DNA from: Acidobacteriota bacterium
GTDB lineage: Bacteria > Acidobacteriota > Terriglobia > Acidiferrales > UBA7541
Assembly (NCBI GenBank): GCA_003223245.1
Contig: QHYI01000105.1
Coordinates: 7,913-71,912, forward strand
Length of the DNA stretch: 64,000 nucleotides
Direction of reading: 5' to 3'
In this document: piece by piece, positions 46,457 through 55,772 of the stretch
Layout of the letters: each line of letters starts with the position of its first letter
Numbering within the stretch: position 1 is the first letter of the stretch
Made by a program: the position numbers and the translations under genes
The notes under the pieces: model-generated
What the model saw: only the letters and a program-made list of their open reading frames with translations
Told to the model about the DNA's origin: nothing
Databases searched by the model: none

Positions 46457-46770
46457 CCGCAGTTCCATCGGGGAAAATTCGCGTCATCCTCCCCCCGCAT
46501 TTGCGAGGATTGGCGCATGTCAAGGGGGAGGTTCTTCTCCAGGTCGCGGGCACGCCGTCGGTGCGCTCGGTGCTCGACGCGCTCGAAGCTGCTTATCCGA
46601 TGCTTCGGGGCACGATTCGCGACCACGTCACACAGCAGCGACGGCCGTTCTTGCGCTTCTTCGCGTGCGAGGAAGATCTTTCTCACGAATCGCCGGACAC
46701 TCCGTTGCCTGAGGCGGTCGTCTCGGGCAAGGAGCCTCTGCTCATCCTCGGCGCCATTGCCGGTGGCTAG
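46453..46770 (+). CDS. ThiS/MoaD-like ubiquitin-fold protein ending in Gly-Gly
   Basis: 105 aa, [21 protein letters not shown]...[13 protein letters not shown]...[10 protein letters not shown]-stop. Its ATG overlaps the propeller stop (ATGA). Confidence 0.7.
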   Translation: MTAVPSGKIRVILPPHLRGLAHVKGEVLLQVAGTPSVRSVLDALEAAYPMLRGTIRDHVTQQRRPFLRFFACEEDLSHESPDTPLPEAVVSGKEPLLILGAIAGG

Positions 46771-47079
46771 AGCAGCGTTGGCTGAAAAGTTTTTGACGGA
46801 CGAAAAATCAGGTAAAGACCCGAACGATTCCCTATACTTTCTCGGTCAGGAGCTTCCCTTATGCGACGAGGACCGGCGCGCCGGGGCTCACAGGGCACTT
46901 GGTGAGTCTAGCGCGAAGAAAGACTCACCTGGCGATGCCACAGGCGCGCCGACCCTGAACAAATCCAGCTAAGAATTGCTGCCGCGCGCTTGGCCCGGCG
47001 CCGATCCCTGGAATCCCGACTCTGGTGAATCGGGCGCGCGTCAGCCTCTTAGAGGACTCCGACGGTTTCCCGCCTGCAA

Positions 47080-47550
47080 TCACGGGTGCTGGACAAAAGG
47101 ATAAATCTCGTCCGCAATCCAATAATTCTCGAAGAGGATCGCTAGCAGTGTTCCCACCACCCAAACGACCCACCGTTGCTTGTTCCACGATGCGCTGCTC
47201 GTAGCATTCTGGATCAACATTTCCGCAAGATACGCCGCGCTGTAACAAACATTCGCGAGCAACGCCAAAACGGTCATGATTCCCAGCGACTCCAGCGTCA
47301 TCGCCGAGCGGAAATGCGGCCATGTCTTCACCACCCAAAGCACGACGACCGCGAACAGCAGCAGATTGTAGAGCGGCCGCCGCGGTTCCCAGAATCGTGC
47401 TGCGTCCCTCAGCCCCTTCCACGACGACGCTTGCACGGAATTGTCAGACCCCGCTGACGGTCCCTCTGCATTCTCCATTTCTTGCTCCTTTCGGCGGCTC
47501 CGAACGAGTTTGCCCAGGTATCTGCTTCGTTGTGCCATGCACTTTATCAT
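47080..47550 (-). CDS. Hypothetical integral membrane protein
   Basis: 156 aa with three or four hydrophobic helices (LYNLLLFAVVVLWVV, GIMTVLALLANVCYSAAY, VVWVVGTLLAILF). Confidence 0.55.
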   Translation of the reverse strand: MIKCMAQRSRYLGKLVRSRRKEQEMENAEGPSAGSDNSVQASSWKGLRDAARFWEPRRPLYNLLLFAVVVLWVVKTWPHFRSAMTLESLGIMTVLALLANVCYSAAYLAEMLIQNATSSASWNKQRWVVWVVGTLLAILFENYWIADEIYPFVQHP

Positions 47551-47621
47551 ACAAAGTACTTCGCGTCAATCCCGCGCCGTGGCCGTTTATACTCGCTTGA
47601 TCCGATTCCTGGAGGCCTCCG

Positions 47622-47888
47622 ATGTGCCGCAACATCCGAACACTTTTCAATTTCGATCCGCCGGTCACGCCGGAGGAGGTTCGCGCGGCTTCCTTGCAGT
47701 TCGTGCGGAAAATCACCGGCTTCCATCACCCGTCGAAAGCCAACGAAGCTGCGTTCAACGCCGCCATTGACGACATCGCCCGCGCCTCGACGCGCCTGCT
47801 CCATTCCCTGGAAACCACCGCGCCCCGTCGCAATCGCGAGGCCCAAGCCGCCAAAGCTCGAGCCCGCGCGGCAGCCCGCTTCGCATGA
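47622..47888 (+). CDS. DUF2277-family protein
   Basis: MCRNIRTLFNFDPPVTPEEVRAASLQFVRKITGFHHPSKANEAAFNAAIDDIA. The family is recalled from memory. Confidence 0.7.
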   Translation: MCRNIRTLFNFDPPVTPEEVRAASLQFVRKITGFHHPSKANEAAFNAAIDDIARASTRLLHSLETTAPRRNREAQAAKARARAAARFA

Positions 47889-48276
47889 CCAAGAAAGGGA
47901 AGCAAGTGAACGAACAGTATGCCCACGCCCGGGCATTTTGCACGGTTATCAAAACAAAGGGGTTGCTAAATGTGACTGTTGGAAGTGGTTGAAAAACAGG
48001 TTCAAAATGCGTTAGCAAATTTGAGGCAGCTTCTAAGTTGAAAACTCATAGAGACCAATTCAGGTTACTCCCGACTGGAGGTAACGACCGGCTGGAAAGG
48101 GCGGAGCGGGGGCGCATAGAGGAACCGTGGCGCAGTCCCGTATCACCAGTGATCGTCGCTTTGAAGATGAAATAGAGAGAAATGCAACGTCCGCCGACAA
48201 ACTTTCAACAAACTGCTTGTTGTAAAGCCCCCCAAGCCCGTGAGTCAAACAAACGCAAGAAGGTAAGGCCGGCGTT

Positions 48277-49230
48277 CTAGGCGGAGCTGCCAGAAGAGCG
48301 CGGGGCTTTCTCGAGGGCATGGCGATCCCAGTGGGCGAGTTGCGCGCCGGCTTCGTAGGTGGACTGACAAAAGTCGAGTAGCGCCGCACTAGGAGACAAA
48401 GCGCGGCGGACCTCGTGGTACATCACGATAAACTCGTTGAGCTGCCCGTGGTAGAACGCGGCGTCCGGGCGAATGCGGGATTCGCGGAAGCCCGGCGGCT
48501 CGGGAGCCATGTAGGAATAGAAGGCTGGTCCATCAAGGCCGCTTCCCGGCCAAAAGCCAACGCTGCTGACTTCGTGGGAATAAGCTTCTCGGGTAATGGA
48601 ATCCGCGCCAGAGCGCTCCGGGGCGCGACGGCCCGAAAAGCGCGTGACGGCAAGATCGAAGCTGCCCCAGAAGAAATGTACGGGGCTCGACTTACCGACG
48701 AAGCGAGAGCGGAACTCCTGAAAGACACGGTCCACGGAGACGAGGATTTGCCAGAACCTGCTGGCATATTCGGGATCGTAAGAGGTGTGCACGCGATCCT
48801 GGTCAAAGGGCATGGGGTCAGGGATTTCCACGGGCATTCTCCAAATCCTGACCCCGATTGCGGCCGAACGAAGCATACCGAGAAAGTCTTGATAAAAGTC
48901 CGCGACCGAGCGGGGAGAGAGCGGAATAGATTTGACCTGGCCTGTGTTGGTTTGCAGCACCAACTCGTGATTGAGGAAATCGAAGCGCAGTTCAAAAGTG
49001 AAGTGCGCGTAAGGAATCGCAGTGGTCGTGAGGCCACGCGCAGAAACATAGAGAGGAACGTTCCACCAGTGGTTCAACCTGGGTGTGAGCGCGAGTCGAA
49101 CCTTGCCAACGATTTGCGTCCACATGTGCAGCGTGGCGTAGGTGTCCTTCCAGGCTGCAAGCGGGAGAGACGGCCAGCACTCCGCCATGTCGCTCATGGC
49201 GGTGCTCGGGGATTGGTTGGTGTCGAGCAT
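48277..49230 (-). CDS. DUF5996-like protein
   Basis: CWPSLPLAAWKDTYATLHMWTQIVGKVRLALTP...VHFFWGSFDLAVTRFSG. The start is uncertain (49230, 49197 or 49188). The 439-aa ORF-track form is over-extended. Confidence 0.65.
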   Translation of the reverse strand: MLDTNQSPSTAMSDMAECWPSLPLAAWKDTYATLHMWTQIVGKVRLALTPRLNHWWNVPLYVSARGLTTTAIPYAHFTFELRFDFLNHELVLQTNTGQVKSIPLSPRSVADFYQDFLGMLRSAAIGVRIWRMPVEIPDPMPFDQDRVHTSYDPEYASRFWQILVSVDRVFQEFRSRFVGKSSPVHFFWGSFDLAVTRFSGRRAPERSGADSITREAYSHEVSSVGFWPGSGLDGPAFYSYMAPEPPGFRESRIRPDAAFYHGQLNEFIVMYHEVRRALSPSAALLDFCQSTYEAGAQLAHWDRHALEKAPRSSGSSA

Positions 49231-49397
49231 GACGATAACCCTCAGCCCACCAGCGGCTACAAACTGTGCTACGGGCTGAGCGCGCATTGGTGCGTAGATT
49301 AACGCAAAAGACGCCGCTTGCAAATCGCGCCTGGTGGAAGTGGCAGTCTTTCGAACGTGGGCGTAGACTGCGGCGATGGCGACGTAAGGAGGTCCAA

Positions 49398-50330
49398 ATG
49401 TCATTACGGCCGGTGAAGAGGTTGATACGGGCGAAGCCGACGATCGAAGGCGCGGGAGTACACCTGCGGCGGGCGTTTGGCTTCGGCAATACGAAGGAGT
49501 TCGATCCGTTCCTGCTGCTGGACGATTTTCGCAATGACGTGCCGGCGGACTACCTGGCGGGCTTTCCGTGGCACCCCCACCGCGGCATCGAAACAATTAC
49601 GTATGTGCTTTCCGGCACCGTGGAACACGGAGACAGCATGGGCAATCGCGGGACGATCGCCGCAGGCGACGTCCAGTGGATGACCGCAGGAAGTGGGATC
49701 ATCCACCAGGAGATGCCGAAGGGCGACCACGCCGGGCGCATGCACGGATTCCAATTGTGGGCGAACCTCCCGTCGGCGTTGAAGATGACCGCGCCGCGCT
49801 ATCAGGAAGTGAAAGCGGGGGAAATTCCTGCGATTACGGACAACGACGGGACGCAGGTGCGCGTGGTGTGCGGGAAGTTCTGGGGCAAAACAGGACCGGT
49901 AGAGGGCATTGCAGCGGACCCCATCTACATTGACGTGAGCGTGCCGCCAGGGCGGCGGAAGACGCTGCCGGTCGAAGTGACGCGGCACGCCTTCGCATAC
50001 GTGTTCGCGGGCGCGGGAAAGTTCTGCAATGCGTCGGAACCGCTCGAGGTTCCGACGGAGCCGGTGGGCTGGCTGGAGACTACTCCGCCGCCCTCGGAGG
50101 CGGACAATCGCTCGCTCGTGCTGTTTGACCGTGGCGATGAGTTGATGGTGCAGGCGGGGGAGGAAGGCATACGCTTCCTGCTGGTGTCGGGCAAGCCGCT
50201 TGAAGAGCCAGTGGCGTGGTACGGGCCGATTGTGATGAATACGCAGGAGCAGTTACGCGAGGCGTTCCGCGAGCTGGAGCAAGGCACGTTCTTGAAGGCG
50301 CAGAAGAAAACTAGAGCGAGCGTCGAATAG
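49398..50330 (+). CDS. Pirin-family protein
   Basis: GFPWHPHRGIETITYVLSGTVEHGDSMGN...VQWMTAGSGIIHQEMP. The RBS is TAAGGAGG. Confidence 0.9.
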   Translation: MSLRPVKRLIRAKPTIEGAGVHLRRAFGFGNTKEFDPFLLLDDFRNDVPADYLAGFPWHPHRGIETITYVLSGTVEHGDSMGNRGTIAAGDVQWMTAGSGIIHQEMPKGDHAGRMHGFQLWANLPSALKMTAPRYQEVKAGEIPAITDNDGTQVRVVCGKFWGKTGPVEGIAADPIYIDVSVPPGRRKTLPVEVTRHAFAYVFAGAGKFCNASEPLEVPTEPVGWLETTPPPSEADNRSLVLFDRGDELMVQAGEEGIRFLLVSGKPLEEPVAWYGPIVMNTQEQLREAFRELEQGTFLKAQKKTRASVE

Positions 50331-50589
50331 CCGAGGACAAGAATCGCATGGAAAATGGATTAGAAAATCAAAACCCCAAGTTTGCAATTTCAAGCTCCGT
50401 CGTTAGGACTTGTAACCTCGGCAGCGTACATGGGCATTGTATACGGCGGGACTCCAGTGTATCTTCAGATCAGAGTAGATGTAGGGTAAGACAGTATGCC
50501 TGGCATGCGGAACCCGGCTCACCTGCAGGCGTACCCGGAGCAGGACATACGTCCTGACGGGGGAAACCAATACAGGAGAGACCATTCCG

Positions 50590-52071
50590 ATGAAAGCTGT
50601 CGCTTTCAAGCTGCGCTTCCCGTGTTTTCGTGTGTTTGCCGTTCTGTCCACCATTCTTTTTGCAATGACCATGGGCTTTCTTCTGGCACGAGGGCAGTCG
50701 CCCGCGCTTCCCGCGATTAAAGTTGTCAACCTGATTCCCGCGAGCCTGAGCGGCGAAAGTAATCAGGACAGCGAACCCTTCCTGGCGATTCAAAAAGACA
50801 ATCCGCAAGTGATGGTGGCTTCCGCGTTCACGCCTAATCCGTTTTCGATGACCGCGAACGCTCCGGTGTACGTTTCGCAGGACAGCGGAAACAGCTGGGT
50901 GCTCAATGCCATCACTCCGGTGCAACGCATGACCTGCGACATCACTCACGCGATGGCGACCGGAGAGAATCATCCGCGTGGCGACCTGCACGCAGGCACC
51001 CTCGCATGCGCGTCGGGCATCACTCTGGATGAATCGGAATCGGTGGACGTTTCGTCAAGCGCTACGATGAATGTGCAATCCACGCGCGGCAACGTAGATC
51101 AGCCGTTTGTGCGCGCGCTGGGCGTCTCGAGCGGCGACCGCATTTATGTTGGAGTGAATGACTTCAATCGGGCGAACGGGCAGACCGCCACGGTGGATGT
51201 GTCGGTGGACGGCGGCGCGACCTACAGATCAATCCCTATCGAAATGCGCAAGACGGCGGGCCAGGACGGCCCATCGGTCCGGCCGGCGGTGGCCAACGAC
51301 GGAACGGTTTACGTGGCATTTTTCGGCTGGCGCAAATTTGATGGCAAGACCGCTACCAGCGACGTGGTGGTGGTGCGCGACGATGCGGCGGCAACGGGCG
51401 CGAATCCTTTTCACGCGCTCAGCAATCCTTCGGATAAGCTGCCCGGGCGCGTAGTGGTGAAGAATGCTTCAATTCCATGGTCCAATGCGCCGGCGTTAGG
51501 ACAGGAACGCATTGGTTCAACGCTTTCTATAGCCGTGGACCCGAATCAAAGCGCGATCGTGTATCTGGCCTGGGCCGACAAAGGGAGCAAAGCAGACATC
51601 TACACATTGCACGTGAGGAATTCGGCGGACCGGGGCGTCACGTGGTCGAAGACGGATTTGCCGGGCACCACCATTCACAATGCCACGAATGTCGCACTGG
51701 CGATCGCCGACAACGGTGCGGTGGGATACCTTTATCAGCAGCTAAGCGGCGGGCGATGGGTCACGCATCTGGTGCAAACTCACAACGCGTTTGCTACATC
51801 ACAGGAATTTGTGCTGGCGACGGTTCCGGCGGATCAGCCCGTGGGGCAGTTTCTGCCTTATCTGGGCGACTATGATTATTTGTTGTCTGTGGGGAATGAA
51901 TTTCGCGGGGTTTTTTGCGCGAACAACACGCCGGATTTCGCGAATTTCCCGCAGGGCGTGACGTTTCAGCGGGCGGCGGACTTTAGCGCCAAGACGCTCA
52001 ACGATGGCGCAGGCAACCTCGTGCCCATTTCCATCGATCCATTCTATTTTAGTGTTCCGGTGATCCCATGA
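50590..52071 (+). CDS. Secreted BNR/Asp-box-containing protein
   Basis: It has a signal/anchor FRVFAVLSTILFAMTMGFLLA. Asp-box-like motifs are SQDSGNSW, SVDGGATY and SADRGVTW. Confidence 0.7.
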   Translation: MKAVAFKLRFPCFRVFAVLSTILFAMTMGFLLARGQSPALPAIKVVNLIPASLSGESNQDSEPFLAIQKDNPQVMVASAFTPNPFSMTANAPVYVSQDSGNSWVLNAITPVQRMTCDITHAMATGENHPRGDLHAGTLACASGITLDESESVDVSSSATMNVQSTRGNVDQPFVRALGVSSGDRIYVGVNDFNRANGQTATVDVSVDGGATYRSIPIEMRKTAGQDGPSVRPAVANDGTVYVAFFGWRKFDGKTATSDVVVVRDDAAATGANPFHALSNPSDKLPGRVVVKNASIPWSNAPALGQERIGSTLSIAVDPNQSAIVYLAWADKGSKADIYTLHVRNSADRGVTWSKTDLPGTTIHNATNVALAIADNGAVGYLYQQLSGGRWVTHLVQTHNAFATSQEFVLATVPADQPVGQFLPYLGDYDYLLSVGNEFRGVFCANNTPDFANFPQGVTFQRAADFSAKTLNDGAGNLVPISIDPFYFSVPVIP

Positions 52072-52127
52072 GGGGTTGCGCCGATATGCGCGACAAATGC
52101 CTGAACGCGAGGGCAAAGGGGGTCTTT

Positions 52128-52994
52128 ATGAGGATTTCGTCAGTGTTTGTCGCAGGCCGTTTATGGGCGGCCGCTCTACTGCTGGCTTTGTGCGGATGCA
52201 CGACCGCTGCGACCCCACAAGCTATGGCCAACCAGGCCGCATTAATGGGTAGATCGAGCATCGTCTTTTCAGGCACAGTGAGCCAACTTGCGGCCACTTC
52301 TTTTGCGGACGTGCCGAAATCGGCTCAGACGATTGTGGTGCGCGTGGATTCGATCGTAAAGAAACCTGCGGCGGTGTCGTTGAAAAAAGGGGATAGCGTC
52401 ACAGTGAAAGTGAAAGACACGTCCGCGTTCCAGGAAGGCCAGCAAGCTACCTTTTATACCGATGGCTGGATTTTTGGCTCCGGCGTAGCGGTCATAGAAG
52501 TGGGGCATGTGCTCGGTGAAGCTGCTCCGGCGGCAAGGGCGCAGGAGAAACCGCAGGGGCCGGAGCAAATCAGCGATCAGGAATTGCGCGAGCGTATGAA
52601 CGCCTCGGATTTTGTCGTGGTCGGGCGCGTCACCGACGTTCATAAGTGGAACCCTCCCAAAGCGAAGTCGGGCGCGCCTCTGCATGTAACGGAACATGAG
52701 CCGGATTGGCATGAAGCGGTGGTGCAAGTTGAGTCGGTCCTGAAGGGCGGACAAGTCAAGGGAAAGAAAGTGGTTGTGCGATTTCCGAATCGCAACGATG
52801 TGGCATGGGCGAACTCGCCAAAGTTCACGAAAAATCAGAGAGGCATTTTCTGTTTGAACCGGGATAAAGCTACCGGCGCCCCGTACACGGAGCTGGGAGG
52901 CAAACAAGTGAATGTGTACACTTGCCTGGGGCATGGGGACGCGCTGCCGATTTCGGAAGAAGCCCGCGTGCGAGCGCTGCTGAAGAACCAGTAG
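52128..52994 (+). CDS. Lipoprotein with two internally repeated ~110-aa modules
   Basis: It has the lipobox LLLALCGC. The two modules are IVFSGTVSQL...VVRVDSIVKK and FVVVGRVTDV...VVQVESVLKG. Confidence 0.6.
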   Translation: MRISSVFVAGRLWAAALLLALCGCTTAATPQAMANQAALMGRSSIVFSGTVSQLAATSFADVPKSAQTIVVRVDSIVKKPAAVSLKKGDSVTVKVKDTSAFQEGQQATFYTDGWIFGSGVAVIEVGHVLGEAAPAARAQEKPQGPEQISDQELRERMNASDFVVVGRVTDVHKWNPPKAKSGAPLHVTEHEPDWHEAVVQVESVLKGGQVKGKKVVVRFPNRNDVAWANSPKFTKNQRGIFCLNRDKATGAPYTELGGKQVNVYTCLGHGDALPISEEARVRALLKNQ

Positions 52995-53102
52995 ACCGTT
53001 TTCAGTTTGCTCGCCGTGGAAGACCACAAGTACAACGGCGTCTTAGCCGGCTTGCCTCCTCGCAAAGAGACAAATTGAAGGTCCGCGACAATCGCGTCGG
53101 TT

Positions 53103-53690
53103 TCACTTTTCCTGCGTGGCGGGCTTTGCGGCGAGCTTTTCTGCGGCCAGCCTTTTGGCGGTGTTCAACGCATCAGCGGCGGGAACTTTGACGTCCGGGT
53201 CAACCCCGGTGCCTTCCCAGTTGGTGTGCGTGATGGGATTGATTGCCCGGGCAAACAGCACGCCAATCCCGAAATGCTCGGTGATGCGGTGGCCGCGCAC
53301 AGGGTGGGCGCCGCCGCCGGTGTCTCGCCGACGATGGTGGCTCGCTTGAGCGCCTTTAGGTCATAGGTGAACTCCTCTCCACCGGAAAAAGTGTGGGAAG
53401 ACGTCAGGACAAACACGGGCTTGCCATCCAGGCGCTTACCCGGCACATAGGGAAGCGCGTCCAATACTGATCGGTGATGTCGCCCTTGCGGGTCCATAGA
53501 TCGTTGAGGTGCGTCCTTGGGGATCGCCCCCGCCGTTTTCCCGCAGGTCGAAGATGAGGGCGTCAGCGTTGGCGAGGAAATTCATCGCGGCCACAACCGT
53601 GGGCCCGCAGATCTCAGGGTCAGCAAAGAAATCGAACTTCAGATAACCAACGTTGCCTTCGAGAATCTCCGCCTTATTGAAGCCGGACGC
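53103..53690 (-). pseudogene. S41-family (C-terminal processing/tricorn-core-like) peptidase pseudogene, N-terminally truncated with at least two frameshifts
   Basis: Three frames carry consecutive pieces: AEILEGNVGYLKFDFF...ALIFDLRENGGGDP, then PYVPGKRLDGKPVFVLTSSHTFSGGEEFTYDLKALKRATIVGE, then HRITEHFGIGVLFARAINPITHTNWEGTGVDPDVKV. Confidence 0.7.
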
Positions 53691-53810
53691 TTAGAGAATA
53701 CTTGGGTGCTTTCTGTGGGTATGATAGCCCGGGTACAGCAACGACCTGGTATGGAGCTGGCCCTTTGTAGCTGGAGAATTCGTGTTCCAGTCGATGGATG
53801 GGAGGGGTGA

Positions 53811-54314
53811 GTGTCGAAATTCCACAGAGATTGCTCGAGCCGATTTTCGGCGGCTCTGGTTTTGCTTTTAACGGTAGTGATGTTTGCGCCGGTCACACGC
53901 GCACAAGTACGGCCTTCGCCAAGTCTGCAGGCTCGAAAAAGGATGGTCCGGGCCGTGGACAAGACTTTTCAAGAAGGCCTGCACGCGAAGTTGCCGCCGC
54001 ATCTTTCCACTTTGCTGGGTTTATCGCAAGAACAAGAATGCCCCGTCATGCAAGCCATGCTGCGGACCGGGACAATCGTGCAGGGGTTTGATGTCTCGGC
54101 GGCGAACAAAAACGACGTGGTTGTTTTTGTGGTGAACGAGACGACAAAGGATCAAACCCTCTATTTGACCTCGAAGCAAGGCGTACTGCGGAAAGTGGTC
54201 ACTGTCGGGGAAGGAATCGGACGGGTTCAAAAGATTACCAGCAAAGATCGGAAAGCGTTCGAGAAAGAAAAACAGTTTTGGTTGGATCGGTTAGTTCCCG
54301 TCGGCGCGCCATAG
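53811..54314 (+). CDS. Hypothetical secreted protein
   Basis: 167 aa with the signal-like FSAALVLLLTVVMFAPVTRAQ. Confidence 0.55.
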   Translation: MSKFHRDCSSRFSAALVLLLTVVMFAPVTRAQVRPSPSLQARKRMVRAVDKTFQEGLHAKLPPHLSTLLGLSQEQECPVMQAMLRTGTIVQGFDVSAANKNDVVVFVVNETTKDQTLYLTSKQGVLRKVVTVGEGIGRVQKITSKDRKAFEKEKQFWLDRLVPVGAP

Positions 54315-54365
54315 TGTCGAACGGACTCCATTGCGTACGCGGGGGGAAGGAGAGAGCGTAAAAAC

Positions 54366-54439
54366 TGGAGGCGCGGGGCGGAATCGCACCGCCGCTAAAG
54401 GTTTTGCAGACCTTCGCCTTGCCACTTGGCTACCGCGCC
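54366..54439 (-). tRNA. tRNA-Cys (anticodon GCA), CCA encoded
   Basis: The minus strand reads GGCGCGG-TA-GCC-AAGTGGCAA-GGC-G-AAGGT-CTGCAAA-ACCTT-TAGC-GGCGG-TGCGATT-CCGCC-CCGCGCC-T-CCA, a 74-nt cloverleaf. It has U33, A37 and the U73 discriminator typical of tRNA-Cys. Confidence 0.85.
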
Positions 54440-54467
54440 TCAAAAAAGTTGTAAGTCAGTCCTCAGT

Positions 54468-54506
54468 AAAAAAAAACAAAAGGCCGCGCGCCGCGCTCAG
54501 CGCGCA
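54468..54506 (-). terminator. Intrinsic terminator of the rhodanese gene
   Basis: On the minus strand, a GC-rich hairpin (GCGCGCTGAGCGCGGCGCGCGGCC) spans the stop codon and is followed by TTTTGTTTTTTTTT. Confidence 0.6.
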
Positions 54507-55381
54507 TTGGCGGCCACGCCGGATTGCGCGGAACGCGACTCGTTCACAATAGGCGCGCCCACCAGATTGCCCCATTCGGTCCAGGAACCGTCGTAATTGC
54601 GCACCTTGTCGAAGCCCAGCAAATACTTGAGCACGAACCAGGTGTGCGAACTGCGCTCGCCGATGCGGCAGTAGGCAATCACTTCATCCTTGCCATTGAT
54701 GCCTTTGGCTTCGTACAGCTTCTTCAAATCGTCGACGGATTTGAAGGTGCCGTCTTCGTTGGCGGCCTGCGCCCAGGGAATATTGGCGGCTTTGGGAATG
54801 TGGCCGGCGCGCTGGGCGGTTTCGGTCATGCCCGGAGGCGCGATGATCTTGCCGGTGAATTCGTCAACGGAACGAACATCGACGAGTTGCCCGGACTTGC
54901 GACCTTCCAATACGGCCGAAACATCTTCCTTGAAAGCGCGGATGGAAGCATCTGTCGCGGCAACGCGATACGTTGTTGGAGAGATGTGGGGAACGTCCTT
55001 GGTGACCGGGCGCTTCTCTTCCAGCCATTTCTTGCGGCCGCCATTAATGAGGCGGACGTCCTTGTGGCCATAAAGCTTCAATTGCCAGAAGGCGTACGCC
55101 GCGAACCAGTTGTTGTTGTCGCCGTAAAGAATGACCGCGGTGTCGTTCGATATGCCGGAAGCGCCGAGCAGCTTCTCGAGCGCGGCCTTATCGATCAGGT
55201 CCCGGCGGATGCCGTCCTGGAGCTGGGTTTGCCAGTTCCAGCCAACGGCCCCAGGGATGTGCCCTTGGTCGTACGCGGTCGTGTCCACGTCTACTTCGAC
55301 AAAGCGCGTGTTCGGCGCCTTGAGATTTTGTTCGGCCCATGCGGTCGAGACCAGAACTTCCGGATGTTTGTACTCTGCCAT
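54497..55381 (-). CDS. sseA: Thiosulfate/3-mercaptopyruvate sulfurtransferase (tandem rhodanese)
   Basis: 294 aa with QGHIPGAV and the active-site loop CRIGERSSHTW. Confidence 0.9.
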   Translation of the reverse strand: MAEYKHPEVLVSTAWAEQNLKAPNTRFVEVDVDTTAYDQGHIPGAVGWNWQTQLQDGIRRDLIDKAALEKLLGASGISNDTAVILYGDNNNWFAAYAFWQLKLYGHKDVRLINGGRKKWLEEKRPVTKDVPHISPTTYRVAATDASIRAFKEDVSAVLEGRKSGQLVDVRSVDEFTGKIIAPPGMTETAQRAGHIPKAANIPWAQAANEDGTFKSVDDLKKLYEAKGINGKDEVIAYCRIGERSSHTWFVLKYLLGFDKVRNYDGSWTEWGNLVGAPIVNESRSAQSGVAANAR

Positions 55382-55772
55382 TTTCCTTTCTCCTTCGTTT
55401 CCCTTAGATGTATAGCTCTGAAATCCGTTTGTGCGCTTGCATCAGAAAGCAAAACCCACCGGCCATTTCTTCTGGCGGTGGGCTCAAAAAACCCTGAGGC
55501 TTGTCGAAGCGCTAAATGCCCAGCCTCCCCGCGCCAGAAGACACACACGTACAGCGCATGCAACAGATGCATATGGTTGTCTTCTTCCGGCTGCGCATTT
55601 GCATGCTTTTATGCTACATAGACGGCGCAATCTTGGCAATAGCACGTGTCGCTCACTTTGCACCCGCTCACTTTGCCAAGCATCTCGAGGAAGTCACACG
55701 TGTCGAAGCGCCCGGCGATCAAATCGCGCCTATGGAAGATCCGCGGTTGCGCTCCTAAAATAATTAGGCACT

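Noticed and set aside
46517-46972. 151-aa plus-strand ORF overlapping the Ubl gene and downstream spacer
   Set aside because: It is out of frame with the ThiS/MoaD-like CDS and is Arg/Ser/Cys-rich, so it is not protein-like.
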